Origin: an uncultured Gammaproteobacteria bacterium | GTDB taxonomy: Bacteria; Pseudomonadota; Gammaproteobacteria; Steroidobacterales; GCA-2729495 | Assembly (NCBI GenBank): GCA_963717355.1 | Contig: OY970328.1 | Coordinates: 2,165,275 to 2,229,274 of the forward strand | Direction of reading: 5' to 3' | DNA length: 64,000 bases | In this document: piece by piece, positions 53,540 through 61,550 of the stretch | How the letters are laid out: each line of letters starts with the position of its first letter | Position numbering within the stretch: the stretch's first letter is position 1 | Made by a program: the position numbers and the translations under genes | Notes under the pieces: generated by a model | What the model saw: only the letters and a program-made list of their open reading frames with translations | The model's database searches: none | Told to the model about the DNA's origin: nothing

Positions 53540-54406
53540 CTAAGCAAGACCGAACTGCTTCTCGAACTCCATCGGGCTGATCCCGCCCAGCGTCGAATGC
53601 CGGCGCCGGGGATTGTAGAACCGCTCGATGTAATCGAACACTTCGGCCCTGGCCTGATCTCGAGTGCTGAACCGTTGTCGGTTGACGCACTCGATCTTCA
53701 TGCTCGAGAAGAAACTCTCCATCGGTGAATTATCCCAGACGTCGCCACGGCGGCTCATGCTGCAGGTGACACCGTGCGCGGCAAGCAACTGCTGGAACTC
53801 CTCACTCGTGTACTGGCTGCCCTGGTCGGAGTGGTGGAGCAGCTCCCGCGGCTGACCGCGCCGCCAGATCGCCATGAGGAGCGCGTCGATCACGAGCTCG
53901 GCGGTCATTCGGGTTCTCATGGCCCAGCCGACTACGCGACGTGAGCACAGATCGAGAACCACGGCCACGAACAGCCAGCCCTCGCCGGTCGGCACATACG
54001 TGAAGTCAGCGAGCCAGCTGCGGTTCGGTTCCTCGGCGGTGAACCGCCGATCCAGTACGTTCGGTGCGATCGCCGACACCGGCCGCTCGCCAATGTCCAC
54101 CGGTTGCCTACGTGGCCGCGAACGGCCTTGAATCCCAGCCTGGCGCATCAGGCGCGCCACCCGATGCACGCTGCAGCGATAGCCCCAGTTGTAGAGATCA
54201 AGCCACACCCGCGGGCTACCGTAGGTCTTCCTGCTTTCCGCGAAGCTCGTGCGAATCACGCCGAGCAGGTCCCGGTCATCCCGGGCGCGGGCGCTCTCGG
54301 GCCTGCTCAACCATTCGTAGAAGCCGCTAGCCGAAACCTCCAGCACGCGGCACATCATCCGGACCGGCCAGATGTCCCGATGCTTCGCCATGAACCGGAA
54401 CTTCAC
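53540..54406 (-). CDS. IS3 transposase OrfB (DDE integrase core), expressed by -1 frameshift from OrfA
   Basis: WLADFTYVPTGEGWLFVAVVLDLCSRRVVGW...HSDQGSQYTS...DNSPMESFFSSMKIE (DDE motif). Confidence 0.9.
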   Translation of the reverse strand: MKFRFMAKHRDIWPVRMMCRVLEVSASGFYEWLSRPESARARDDRDLLGVIRTSFAESRKTYGSPRVWLDLYNWGYRCSVHRVARLMRQAGIQGRSRPRRQPVDIGERPVSAIAPNVLDRRFTAEEPNRSWLADFTYVPTGEGWLFVAVVLDLCSRRVVGWAMRTRMTAELVIDALLMAIWRRGQPRELLHHSDQGSQYTSEEFQQLLAAHGVTCSMSRRGDVWDNSPMESFFSSMKIECVNRQRFSTRDQARAEVFDYIERFYNPRRRHSTLGGISPMEFEKQFGLA

Positions 54407-54693
54407 CGCGGTTCCTTGGCGAAGTAGGCGATCGTCTTTTTTAAAATGTCGCGCTCCATGCGGGTCTTGGACAGCTCCCGCTTCAAACGCGCCACCTCGG
54501 CATCATCCGGCTTCATCTTCCCGCGCCCCGGGAATGCCTGCTTCGGATCGCCTCTGACTTCTTTGACCCAGCGGCCCAGGACGCCCTCGTGAATCCCCAG
54601 ATCCGCTGCCGCCTGCCGGATCGCTACCCCGCGCTCACGCACCAGGGCCACTGCTTCCCGCTTGAACTCGGCGCTGAATACTCGCCTTCCCAT
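54403..54693 (-). CDS. IS3 transposase OrfA (HTH)
   Basis: MGRRVFSAEFKREAVALVRERGVAIRQAAADLGIHEGVLGRWVKE... is a typical IS3 OrfA. Confidence 0.9.
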   Translation of the reverse strand: MGRRVFSAEFKREAVALVRERGVAIRQAAADLGIHEGVLGRWVKEVRGDPKQAFPGRGKMKPDDAEVARLKRELSKTRMERDILKKTIAYFAKEPR

Positions 54694-54799
54694 CGGACAC
54701 CTCCGGTTGCATCATTACACCTAACTTGGTGTCCGGAAATCCCTGGGAAACTCAACTAAGCGCGAGCGATTACAAGCCGGCAAAACACAAAGCCATGAA

Positions 54800-55732
54800 G
54801 TGGTGGTGTTGGGCGGAAAGGAGTTGCTGCTCCGCCCGTTTGGGACCGCTTCGGGATATCCACTGGTGCTGGAGAACCCGGAGTACCGCATTCAGTGCGG
54901 CGAATTTAACAACCCGAGCTTCTTCGTTACTTTCCGCAGCGAAGCGTTATGGCGGTATGGTGCGCAGACCCTTCACGATACCTTCTTGGCCTGGGCCGCC
55001 GATGCAGGTCTCATTGCTCTGCAATCCGAGCGCGTTTCGCGCATCGATTTCACGTTCGACTATGAGGTGGCAGCGCCGCTTTTCCAGGTAGAGCGGGTAG
55101 TGAGCTTGGCGGCAAAGGATGCCACGCACCGGGAAGATGGCGCCGTTCAAACCATTAGCTTCGGAACCGGCGACGTAAGACTCCGGATCTATGACAAGGT
55201 CGCCGAGATTGCTCAAGAAAGCGGCAAGATCTGGTTCTACGATTTGTGGGGCGTACGAACCAACGTATGGCGCATCGAGTGGCAAGTCCGCAAGCCGTTA
55301 TTGCGGCGTTTTGAGATTCAGACATTCGCGGATTTTTTCGCGCACCAAGGAGACGTGGCCCGTTATCTGGCGAACGAGCACGACAGCCTCCGAGTGCCGG
55401 GCGCCGACACCAATCGCTCCCGCTGGGCAATCGATCCACTCTGGGTTGACCTACAGCAGCAGATCGAGGATATCGAAGGCCAGGGACCGTTCCGCAACAT
55501 TGACGACCGCGCAATTCTGCGCGAGCGCATGCGACGGATCGCCATTAGCGTCGATGGCTATCTCAATCGGGTTGCCGCGATCATGTGCATTCTCGAGGGA
55601 AGGAAGAATGTGCCGTCGCTCGGTGAAACTGAAACACGGGTGGCTGCGGAGATCCGGACGATTCACGACCCTTACAGGTGGCCCCTAGAAGCGGCCCGCA
55701 AACGGGACAGCATGCGCCTGGGGGGCAAGTGA
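54800..55732 (+). CDS. Replication-initiation (Rep_trans / phage CRI-like) protein, probably 5'-truncated by the IS3
   Basis: VSRIDFTFDY, VRLRIYDK and NVWRIEWQVRK blocks resemble rolling-circle Rep proteins. It has a GTG start only, and the frame stays open upstream to the IS end at 54755. Confidence 0.5.
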   Translation: MVVLGGKELLLRPFGTASGYPLVLENPEYRIQCGEFNNPSFFVTFRSEALWRYGAQTLHDTFLAWAADAGLIALQSERVSRIDFTFDYEVAAPLFQVERVVSLAAKDATHREDGAVQTISFGTGDVRLRIYDKVAEIAQESGKIWFYDLWGVRTNVWRIEWQVRKPLLRRFEIQTFADFFAHQGDVARYLANEHDSLRVPGADTNRSRWAIDPLWVDLQQQIEDIEGQGPFRNIDDRAILRERMRRIAISVDGYLNRVAAIMCILEGRKNVPSLGETETRVAAEIRTIHDPYRWPLEAARKRDSMRLGGK

Positions 55733-55896
55733 TGGCAGTCGAACAGACGACATCCCTGCGGATTGCTGTACGCTGGCGCCAGGAATTACCGCCCGATGCG
55801 CTGACGGAACAAGAGCAAGACGTGTTACATCGCCATTTGGCGGAGTTGCTCCGAGACTTCCTGCTGCTACAAGAACCAGAATCACTAGCGGAGTGA
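55732..55896 (+). CDS. Hypothetical small protein (54 aa)
   Basis: Its ATG overlaps the rep stop (GTGATG): MAVEQTTSLRIAVRWRQELPPDALTEQEQDVLHRHLAELL... No family recognised. Confidence 0.35.
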   Translation: MAVEQTTSLRIAVRWRQELPPDALTEQEQDVLHRHLAELLRDFLLLQEPESLAE

Positions 55897-55902
55897 TCGA
55901 CG

Positions 55903-57645
55903 ATGCCGGTTGCCCTGTACGCGCGCGTGTCGACCACGCGGCAGGCCGAACAGGACCTGTCTATCCCTGACCAGCTCCGACAGATGCGGGAATGGTGCAA
56001 GGCTAACGGTCTGTTGATTGGGCATGAATATGTCGAGCCAGGCGCCTCTGCGATGGACGACAAGCGGCCGATCTTCCAGACCCTCATTGCCGATGCGCTG
56101 CGTACGCCGGCACCTTATGAGGCCATTCTGGTCCATAGCCTCTCACGCTTTTTCAGAGACGTAATCGCATTCGGTATCTATGAGGGCAAGCTAAAAAAGC
56201 ACGGCGTCCGCGTGACATCAATAACGCAACAGACCAGCGATGACCCCACCGGAGAAATGGCGAGGCGCATTTTTTCGGTGTTCGATGAGTACCAGAGCAA
56301 GGAGAATGCGAAGCATACCGCCCGGGCGATGCGCGAGAACGCCCGACAGGGCTTCTCCAACGGTGCACCAGCACCCTTCGGCTATCAGGCCGTGGCGACT
56401 GAGCGACGGGGCAACCGTGGCAGGCCCAAGAAGCGACTGGCCATATACGAAGCCGAAGCCGCTTTGGTTCGGCGCATCTATCAGCTGTACCTGGATGGCC
56501 TGGAAGGTCGTTCGCTTGGGCTAAAGGAGATCGCCAAGCACCTCAACGCCAGCGGCCAGACCATGCGCGGCAGTGCGTGGAGCATCCAGAAGGTGCACAA
56601 ACTCCTGTCGAGCCGCACCTATGTAGGGGAACACTCATTCAATGTGCGGGATTCCAGGACATTGAAAAGACGTCCGGCAGCGGAGTGGATCCTAACCGCT
56701 ATCGAACCCATCGTTGACGCTGAGACGTTCGAGCGCGTACGTCAAAGGCGCGCGGCGAGGGCGCCAGCGGCGACCCCGCCGCGCCGCCTGTCGTCACCAG
56801 TGCTGCTTACCGGGCTGCTCGGTTGCGGACATTGCGGTGCGGCCATGACCCTAGCCACCGGCAAGAGCGGCCGCTACCGCTACTACAAGTGCACGACTCG
56901 GGCTAGTAAAGGCGGGTCGTTATGTGTGAGCCGCAACCTTCCAATGGACAAGGTCGATTCCTTGGTCCTGCAGGAACTGGTTGAACGGGCTTTCACGGCG
57001 CCACGATTGGCACTTTTGCTAACCGAGGCACGCCGACAAATGCAGGACCGCAAAACTCTTGATCGGCAGGAGCTGGGGCGGCTGCAGGCCGAACTGGCAA
57101 AGGCCGAGCAGCGCCTCGGCCGACTGTACGAGGCGATCGAACAAGGGGTAGTAACCCTGGACGACACCTTCCAACGCCGAATCGGAGCCGCTCGTAACGC
57201 CCGCGAGGCCGTTCTGGTGCAGATGGCGGGTCTGCGACGTGTGCAGGCACTGCCGATCGAACGGGTGCTACCAAGCCAAATCGAAGCGTTCAGCCGCGCA
57301 ATTCGGGCGAAGGTGCAGGATCGCGGCTCGACGTTCGCCAAGGACTACTTGCGCGCCCTGGTAGACCAAATCACCGTTTACGACGGCACGGCAACGATCG
57401 TAGGCAGCAACGCAAAGCTGCTGCATGCGGTAGCCCAAACAAAAAAGGGCACCATTCAAGTGCCCAGTTTTGTACGTGAATGGCGCGCCCGGACGGAATC
57501 GAACCGCCGACCCCCGCGTTCGAATGGTTGGGCCGCAGCCCTAGTGTTCCAAGCCTCAGTCGGAATCCATGGCTCCAATAGTCAGTTGCGCAAATATCGC
57601 GCGGGCGTGACACCTGGTTCACTTGTGCGGAGAACTGAAGCGTAG
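55903..57645 (+). CDS. Large serine recombinase
   Basis: Resolvase catalytic N-terminus MPVALYARVSTTRQAEQDLSIPDQ, a recombinase domain, a zinc ribbon CGHCGAAMT...YYKC and a coiled coil. The last ~55 codons run through a tRNA-like fragment (WRARTESNRRPP) and are probably not native. Confidence 0.85.
   Translation: MPVALYARVSTTRQAEQDLSIPDQLRQMREWCKANGLLIGHEYVEPGASAMDDKRPIFQTLIADALRTPAPYEAILVHSLSRFFRDVIAFGIYEGKLKKHGVRVTSITQQTSDDPTGEMARRIFSVFDEYQSKENAKHTARAMRENARQGFSNGAPAPFGYQAVATERRGNRGRPKKRLAIYEAEAALVRRIYQLYLDGLEGRSLGLKEIAKHLNASGQTMRGSAWSIQKVHKLLSSRTYVGEHSFNVRDSRTLKRRPAAEWILTAIEPIVDAETFERVRQRRAARAPAATPPRRLSSPVLLTGLLGCGHCGAAMTLATGKSGRYRYYKCTTRASKGGSLCVSRNLPMDKVDSLVLQELVERAFTAPRLALLLTEARRQMQDRKTLDRQELGRLQAELAKAEQRLGRLYEAIEQGVVTLDDTFQRRIGAARNAREAVLVQMAGLRRVQALPIERVLPSQIEAFSRAIRAKVQDRGSTFAKDYLRALVDQITVYDGTATIVGSNAKLLHAVAQTKKGTIQVPSFVREWRARTESNRRPPRSNGWAAALVFQASVGIHGSNSQLRKYRAGVTPGSLVRRTEA
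57481..57525 (-). other. tRNA 3'-half-like fragment (T-arm + acceptor + CCA, Arg-like acceptor), probable relic att site
   Basis: The reverse complement reads GGGGGTCGGCGGTTCGATTCCGTCCGGGCGCGCCA. There is no matching 5' half, D-arm or anticodon arm upstream. Confidence 0.6.
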
Positions 57646-57769
57646 ACCGGCAAAGTAGAGCGCGCTCCGAAAGGCGCGACTCGTTATCCCACTTGCGTCG
57701 AGGCGTTTGGGACAGTATCTAGATGGACGCCCGCACTCCGGTCGAGTGCACCACAAGAATGAGGCGTCC

Positions 57770-57959
57770 ATGTTGCAAGCACAAAAGTCCCTCCCGCAGA
57801 TCCGCTTCGACCTCAACGAGGCGGCGCAGATTCTCCGAATGAGTCGCGCGACGCTCCACGAGCGAATTCGGGATGGACTCATCAAGTCGCACGAAGGATG
57901 GCCGGCGGAGCTACATCACGACTGCCGAGCTAGAACGCTACGTCGCCGAGAAGGGGTGA
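57770..57959 (+). pseudogene. Excisionase-family HTH protein, one frameshift near 57895
   Basis: MLQAQKSLPQIRFDLNEAAQILRMSRATLHERIRDGLIKSH is in one frame and DGRRSYITTAELERYVAEKG (then stop) is in the next. Confidence 0.6.
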
Positions 57960-57992
57960 CATCGAGTTCTCGCGACAAGACGGGGACCTGAC

Positions 57993-58325
57993 GTGGCTGA
58001 CCTGGCACGCCTGTACCGGAGACCTCATGCCGCGAAATACCTCGGCATGAGCGTGTTTCTCTTCGATCGGGAAGTGCGCCCCCACCTGACAGAGATTCCT
58101 ATCGGGAATCACGGGGTTGCCTTCGACCGGCTTGATCTGGATTCCTGGGCCGATCAACATAGGCAGGCCAACGGGCGTCCGCCGGAAAGGAGGACGCTAT
58201 GGCTGGAAAGGGAGTCGGCCTCACCAAACGCGGTGGGGTTTGGTGGCTCGAGAAACTCATTGACGGACGGAGAATACGAGAAAGCACGGGAACAGGTGAT
58301 CTTGCCGAGGCGAAAAGGTATCTAG
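57993..58325 (+). CDS. Putative second small DNA-binding (xis/AlpA-like) protein; 3' end uncertain
   Basis: VADLARLYRRPHAAKYLGMSVFLFDREVRPHLTEIPIGNHGVAFDRLDLDSWAD. The ORF overlaps the integrase start by ~125 nt, so the true stop may be earlier. Confidence 0.35.
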   Translation: MADLARLYRRPHAAKYLGMSVFLFDREVRPHLTEIPIGNHGVAFDRLDLDSWADQHRQANGRPPERRTLWLERESASPNAVGFGGSRNSLTDGEYEKAREQVILPRRKGI

Positions 58326-59257
58326 CCTTTCGCCTAAACGAGATCCGACGGGTCACGATCTACGGAGAGAGACCGCACCGCAGCTTCGAGCAAGCGGCGG
58401 CGCGATATCTTCGAGAGAACGCTGACAAGCGCTCGCTGGACCGCGACGATCAGGCTCTCCGCCTGGCAATGCCTCACTTGGGCCACCTGGAACTTGGCGA
58501 AATACATTACGGCAAGTTGCAGACGTTTGCGGACGCGCGCCTTGCAGACGGAGTCTCCAAATCGACGGTAAATCGGGATATGGCCGCCGCGAAACAGGTT
58601 CTCAAAGCCGCTGCGAGGTGGTTTCACGAGAACGGCCAGCCTTGGCTTACCGCCGTGCCGGAGGTGCCGCGCTACAAGTTGCGATGTACCGCGACCGAGG
58701 AGCGTGCGATCACATGGGAGGAGCAGTGCCGGCTGAGTCAAGCACTGCCCGCCTATCTGGCGAGTATGGCGCTCTTCGCGGTGAATACAGGAGCTCGGCG
58801 AGGTGAAGTCCTGGGCCTACGGTGGAGCTGGGAAGTGCGCAACCATTCGGCCTTCCTGATTCCGCCGCAGTTCCACAAGACGGGTGCATCGATTGGCAGC
58901 CGACTGCTGGTCTGCAACTCCGTTGCGTGGGCTGTTATTGAAGAGGCCCGAGGACGGCACGCGGAGTTCGTATTCACACATCGCGGCAAGCCGGTGCGGA
59001 CATTTTACGGCCGGGCCTGGAAACAGGCACGCAGCCAGGCGAATCTGAGTCGAGTGCGAGTGCACGATCTGCGCCACACATTTGCCACGCGGCTGGAAGC
59101 CGCAGGCGTTTCGCGATCGGATGTTGCCGAGTTGCTGGGACATGCCACCAGCAGTGTCACGCGACGTTACATCGCACCCGACATCACCCGCCTACTGCAG
59201 GAAGCCGAGAAAGTGGTCGCCAGGGGACGCGAACCGGTGCTGAGAATTGTGGGGTGA
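58199..59257 (+). CDS. Tyrosine-type site-specific integrase
   Basis: Catalytic-domain motifs ARRGEVLGLRW, HDLRHTFATRLEAAGV and LLGHATSSVTRRY. It lies 80 nt from the tRNA-Met 3' end. Confidence 0.9.
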   Translation: MAGKGVGLTKRGGVWWLEKLIDGRRIRESTGTGDLAEAKRYLAFRLNEIRRVTIYGERPHRSFEQAAARYLRENADKRSLDRDDQALRLAMPHLGHLELGEIHYGKLQTFADARLADGVSKSTVNRDMAAAKQVLKAAARWFHENGQPWLTAVPEVPRYKLRCTATEERAITWEEQCRLSQALPAYLASMALFAVNTGARRGEVLGLRWSWEVRNHSAFLIPPQFHKTGASIGSRLLVCNSVAWAVIEEARGRHAEFVFTHRGKPVRTFYGRAWKQARSQANLSRVRVHDLRHTFATRLEAAGVSRSDVAELLGHATSSVTRRYIAPDITRLLQEAEKVVARGREPVLRIVG

Positions 59258-59336
59258 TCCCCCACAAAATCCCCACAGTGCGAAAAGTTATCGCGCACTG
59301 CGAAAGCCAGAAGTCACTGATCGAAAAGTGATTGAG

Positions 59337-59413
59337 TGGTGGTGATGGGTGGACTTGAACCACCGACCTCAGCATTATGAGTGCCGCGCTCTAACCAGCT
59401 GAGCTACATCACC
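59337..59413 (-). tRNA. tRNA-Met (anticodon CAT), elongator-like
   Basis: The reverse complement GGTGATGTAGCTCAGCTGGTTAGAGCGCGGCACTCATAATGCTGAGGTCGGTGGTTCAAGTCCACCCATCACCACCA folds as a cloverleaf: 7 bp acceptor stem, T-arm GGTGG/CCACC, CT-CAT-AA anticodon loop, encoded CCA. A lysidine-modified tRNA-Ile2 cannot be excluded from sequence alone. Confidence 0.9.
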
Positions 59414-59531
59414 ACGCGAAGAGACGCCAGAAAGTGCCGGTCGGCTGATTGCCTGCGATCTGCCCGACTCAGGTGCCGCATTTTCTGGTCCCGCCCCGAC
59501 CCTGTCAAGAAAACCACCGGCGCCTCCTGCA

Positions 59532-60425
59532 CTAGGGCTGCCGCGCGTCGAACGCACGGCCGACTTCCGAGATCACCGGCTTGTCGCTCATCTTCCGCAG
59601 CGCCTCCACCATGTCGTAGCAGAACAGGAGCTCGCGCGCGTCGGGGTCCCAATAGGCATTGGGCGAGGCGCAGGGCTTGACCCGCACCTCGAACGGCTTG
59701 GCAAAATCGAACCGCGTGTCAACGAAGGCGGCGACCTTCTCGAGCACCCTGCTCTGCTCGAGAAATGCGCGCGCTTCCTTCTGGGCCGGTGTGCGCGGGT
59801 TCTCGTACTTCACACTGATGCGGCCGTGGGCCTTGTGCTCCCCGGCGCCGTAGTTCTTGATCAGCCAGTCGACGCCCTGGCGAGCGACGTTATATTCGTC
59901 CTCGCACCAGTCGGCCCGGATGTCCGGCATCTTCGCCGCGTCGGCAACCCATTGGAACCGGGCAGCGTCGCTGCCGTATATCAGGCACGTGACGCGGGCG
60001 AAGCGCTTGATGCTGAGACTGTGCTGCGCCCAGACCGCGACCTCGGCGTTGCTCTTCTCGAGCCCAGCCTGCCAGGTCAGCATGTTGCCGAGGGCCGCCA
60101 TCGTCAGGAGTTCCGCGAGCGGCTTCTTCTCCGGCGGCGGTGTCTTGTCCAGCTCGAGCATCGTGATGGCCGCGATGGTATCGGCGGAATCCTCCTCGAG
60201 TCCAAGCAGCGGCACGTGGAACTCGCGGATGACCGCGTGACCGAACTCGTGGAACACGATGAACCCGACGTTGCCGATCACGAAATCGTCGGCGTGTTGG
60301 GACGACGCGGCAGCCGGCGTTGCCGGAGGCGCATTCGCGGGCGGCGGATCCGCCAGGGCGCGCCGCATGAGCAATGCAACGACCGCAAGCGACACGAGGA
60401 ATCGCGAGCAGGTACCGATCATCAT
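59532..60425 (-). CDS. Putative secreted metallopeptidase (DUF4344-like, HExxH)
   Basis: Signal peptide, then FIVFHEFGHAVIREF (HExxH). Confidence 0.65.
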   Translation of the reverse strand: MMIGTCSRFLVSLAVVALLMRRALADPPPANAPPATPAAASSQHADDFVIGNVGFIVFHEFGHAVIREFHVPLLGLEEDSADTIAAITMLELDKTPPPEKKPLAELLTMAALGNMLTWQAGLEKSNAEVAVWAQHSLSIKRFARVTCLIYGSDAARFQWVADAAKMPDIRADWCEDEYNVARQGVDWLIKNYGAGEHKAHGRISVKYENPRTPAQKEARAFLEQSRVLEKVAAFVDTRFDFAKPFEVRVKPCASPNAYWDPDARELLFCYDMVEALRKMSDKPVISEVGRAFDARQP

Positions 60426-60611
60426 TTATGTCTTGCTCACGGGTGAAAGAGTATTGCGGTCCCCCGACCGACCAGGCGGGCGATCGCTGGACCTACGACC
60501 GCGGACCGGACGAGCTCCTCATCGTCCTCCCCATCTAGGCCGATGGTACCGTCAGCTCCATCGAGGCGCAGCGATCTCCTTGCTCACATGAGCCTTCTTC
60601 GACTGCACGGC

Positions 60612-61412
60612 TCAATTCTTCTTTGGCGTGGCCGCTTCGCGTGCCGCCCGCGCCTTGGAATCCAGGCAGTCGATCTTCCCGGCCGCGGGCATGCGGGCGT
60701 TGTCGAGACGGCAGCGGAACCGCGAACTGAACTCCTGCATCATTGCGTCGAGCTGATCGAATTCCATGCGCACCGGCTTCTCGCCGCCACCCCGGATGGC
60801 GACGAGCTGTGCGAGAACCTCCTTCGACTCGCTGTCGACGAGCTCCCCCTGTAGCGTCATGTGCATGATGTCGTACTTCTCCATCATGTCCCTCATCGAA
60901 TCCGCACCGAATTTCACCACCGCTCCGACGGGCGTGTAGGCGAGCAGCCGGCGCGACTTTCTCTTGAGGTCGAGATCGGTCAGGGCCACTCGCACGTAAA
61001 TGATGCCCGGCCCCGGCGCGTCCACCGTGTTGTACCCCCCCGCGGTCAGCCGGTCATCGAGCGCCTTGCGGAGCATTTCCGCGATCTGCCCGAGGTCATT
61101 CGGCTTGGCGCCCTTGTATTCGGACTGCGGGCTGACCAGCACCTCCGGCTGGTCCACCAGGATCCCGGTGTACTTGCCCACCTTGTCGAAAGCGCCCGGC
61201 GCGAGATATACGAGGTCCGTGTCCTTGCCGTCCGCCGATGGCCTGGCCTGCAGCTTGCTGTAGTCGGTCAGGAATGTCTTGTCGTAGGTCTGAGCCGGCG
61301 CCTGAGCCTGGGCTGGCGCCTGGGACTGGGCCGGGGCCTGGGTCGCGCAACCCGACAGGCCGCAGGCCAGTACGGCAACCGCCGAGATCGTTGCGATGCG
61401 AGTCGTGCTCAT
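60612..61412 (-). CDS. DUF3313-like lipoprotein
   Basis: MSTTRIATISAVAVLACGLSGC (lipobox), an AQ/AP-rich linker, then YDKTFLTDYSKLQ... The upstream 19 codons of the listed ORF are unlikely to be translated. Confidence 0.6.
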   Translation of the reverse strand: MSTTRIATISAVAVLACGLSGCATQAPAQSQAPAQAQAPAQTYDKTFLTDYSKLQARPSADGKDTDLVYLAPGAFDKVGKYTGILVDQPEVLVSPQSEYKGAKPNDLGQIAEMLRKALDDRLTAGGYNTVDAPGPGIIYVRVALTDLDLKRKSRRLLAYTPVGAVVKFGADSMRDMMEKYDIMHMTLQGELVDSESKEVLAQLVAIRGGGEKPVRMEFDQLDAMMQEFSSRFRCRLDNARMPAAGKIDCLDSKARAAREAATPKKN

Positions 61413-61550
61413 GGGAAAACCCTTCTTTGTATGGATGAGTGGCAGCCACCACCGCCGCCTTGTGGGCAAACGACGCAGCCGCTGACGCCGATAGTGTACT
61501 GGATACTATACTGCCGTCTCGTTTTCCTGGTGACGGTGGAGCGCTCCCAG

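Larger units (their letters stand above)
53510..54754 (-). mobile_element. IS3-family insertion sequence (1245 bp)
   Basis: ~27 bp imperfect terminal inverted repeats TGAGTTTCCCAAGGTTTCCCGGACACC (53510-53536) and GGTGTCCGGAAATCCCTGGGAAACTCA (54728-54754). orfA and orfB are linked by an A_AAA_AAG slippery site at 54436-54442 (minus strand). Confidence 0.9.
53140..59336. mobile_element. ~6.2 kb composite integrated element at tRNA-Met (tyrosine integrase, xis-like genes, serine recombinase, Rep-like gene, IS3)
   Basis: Bounded by the complete tRNA-Met (59337-59413) and its 45 nt 3' duplicate (53140-53184). The integrase gene lies next to the tRNA. GC content is visibly lower than in the flanks. 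Confidence 0.8.

Noticed and set aside
57481-57560. A possible complete tRNA gene inside the serine recombinase 3' end
   Set aside because: Only the T-arm, the acceptor 3' strand and CCA are present. The upstream sequence cannot form the acceptor 5' strand, D-arm or anticodon arm. I treat it as a relic fragment.
53140-59336. Prophage
   Set aside because: No capsid, tail, terminase, portal or lysis genes are present. The content is limited to recombinases, small HTH proteins, a Rep-like gene and an IS, which fits a small integrative element.
60861-61550. A 230 aa N-terminal extension of the patatin-Omp85 ORF (listed as 984 aa)
   Set aside because: It is antisense to the well-supported DUF3313 lipoprotein gene and has no family signal. 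A proper start with a signal peptide exists at 61551.
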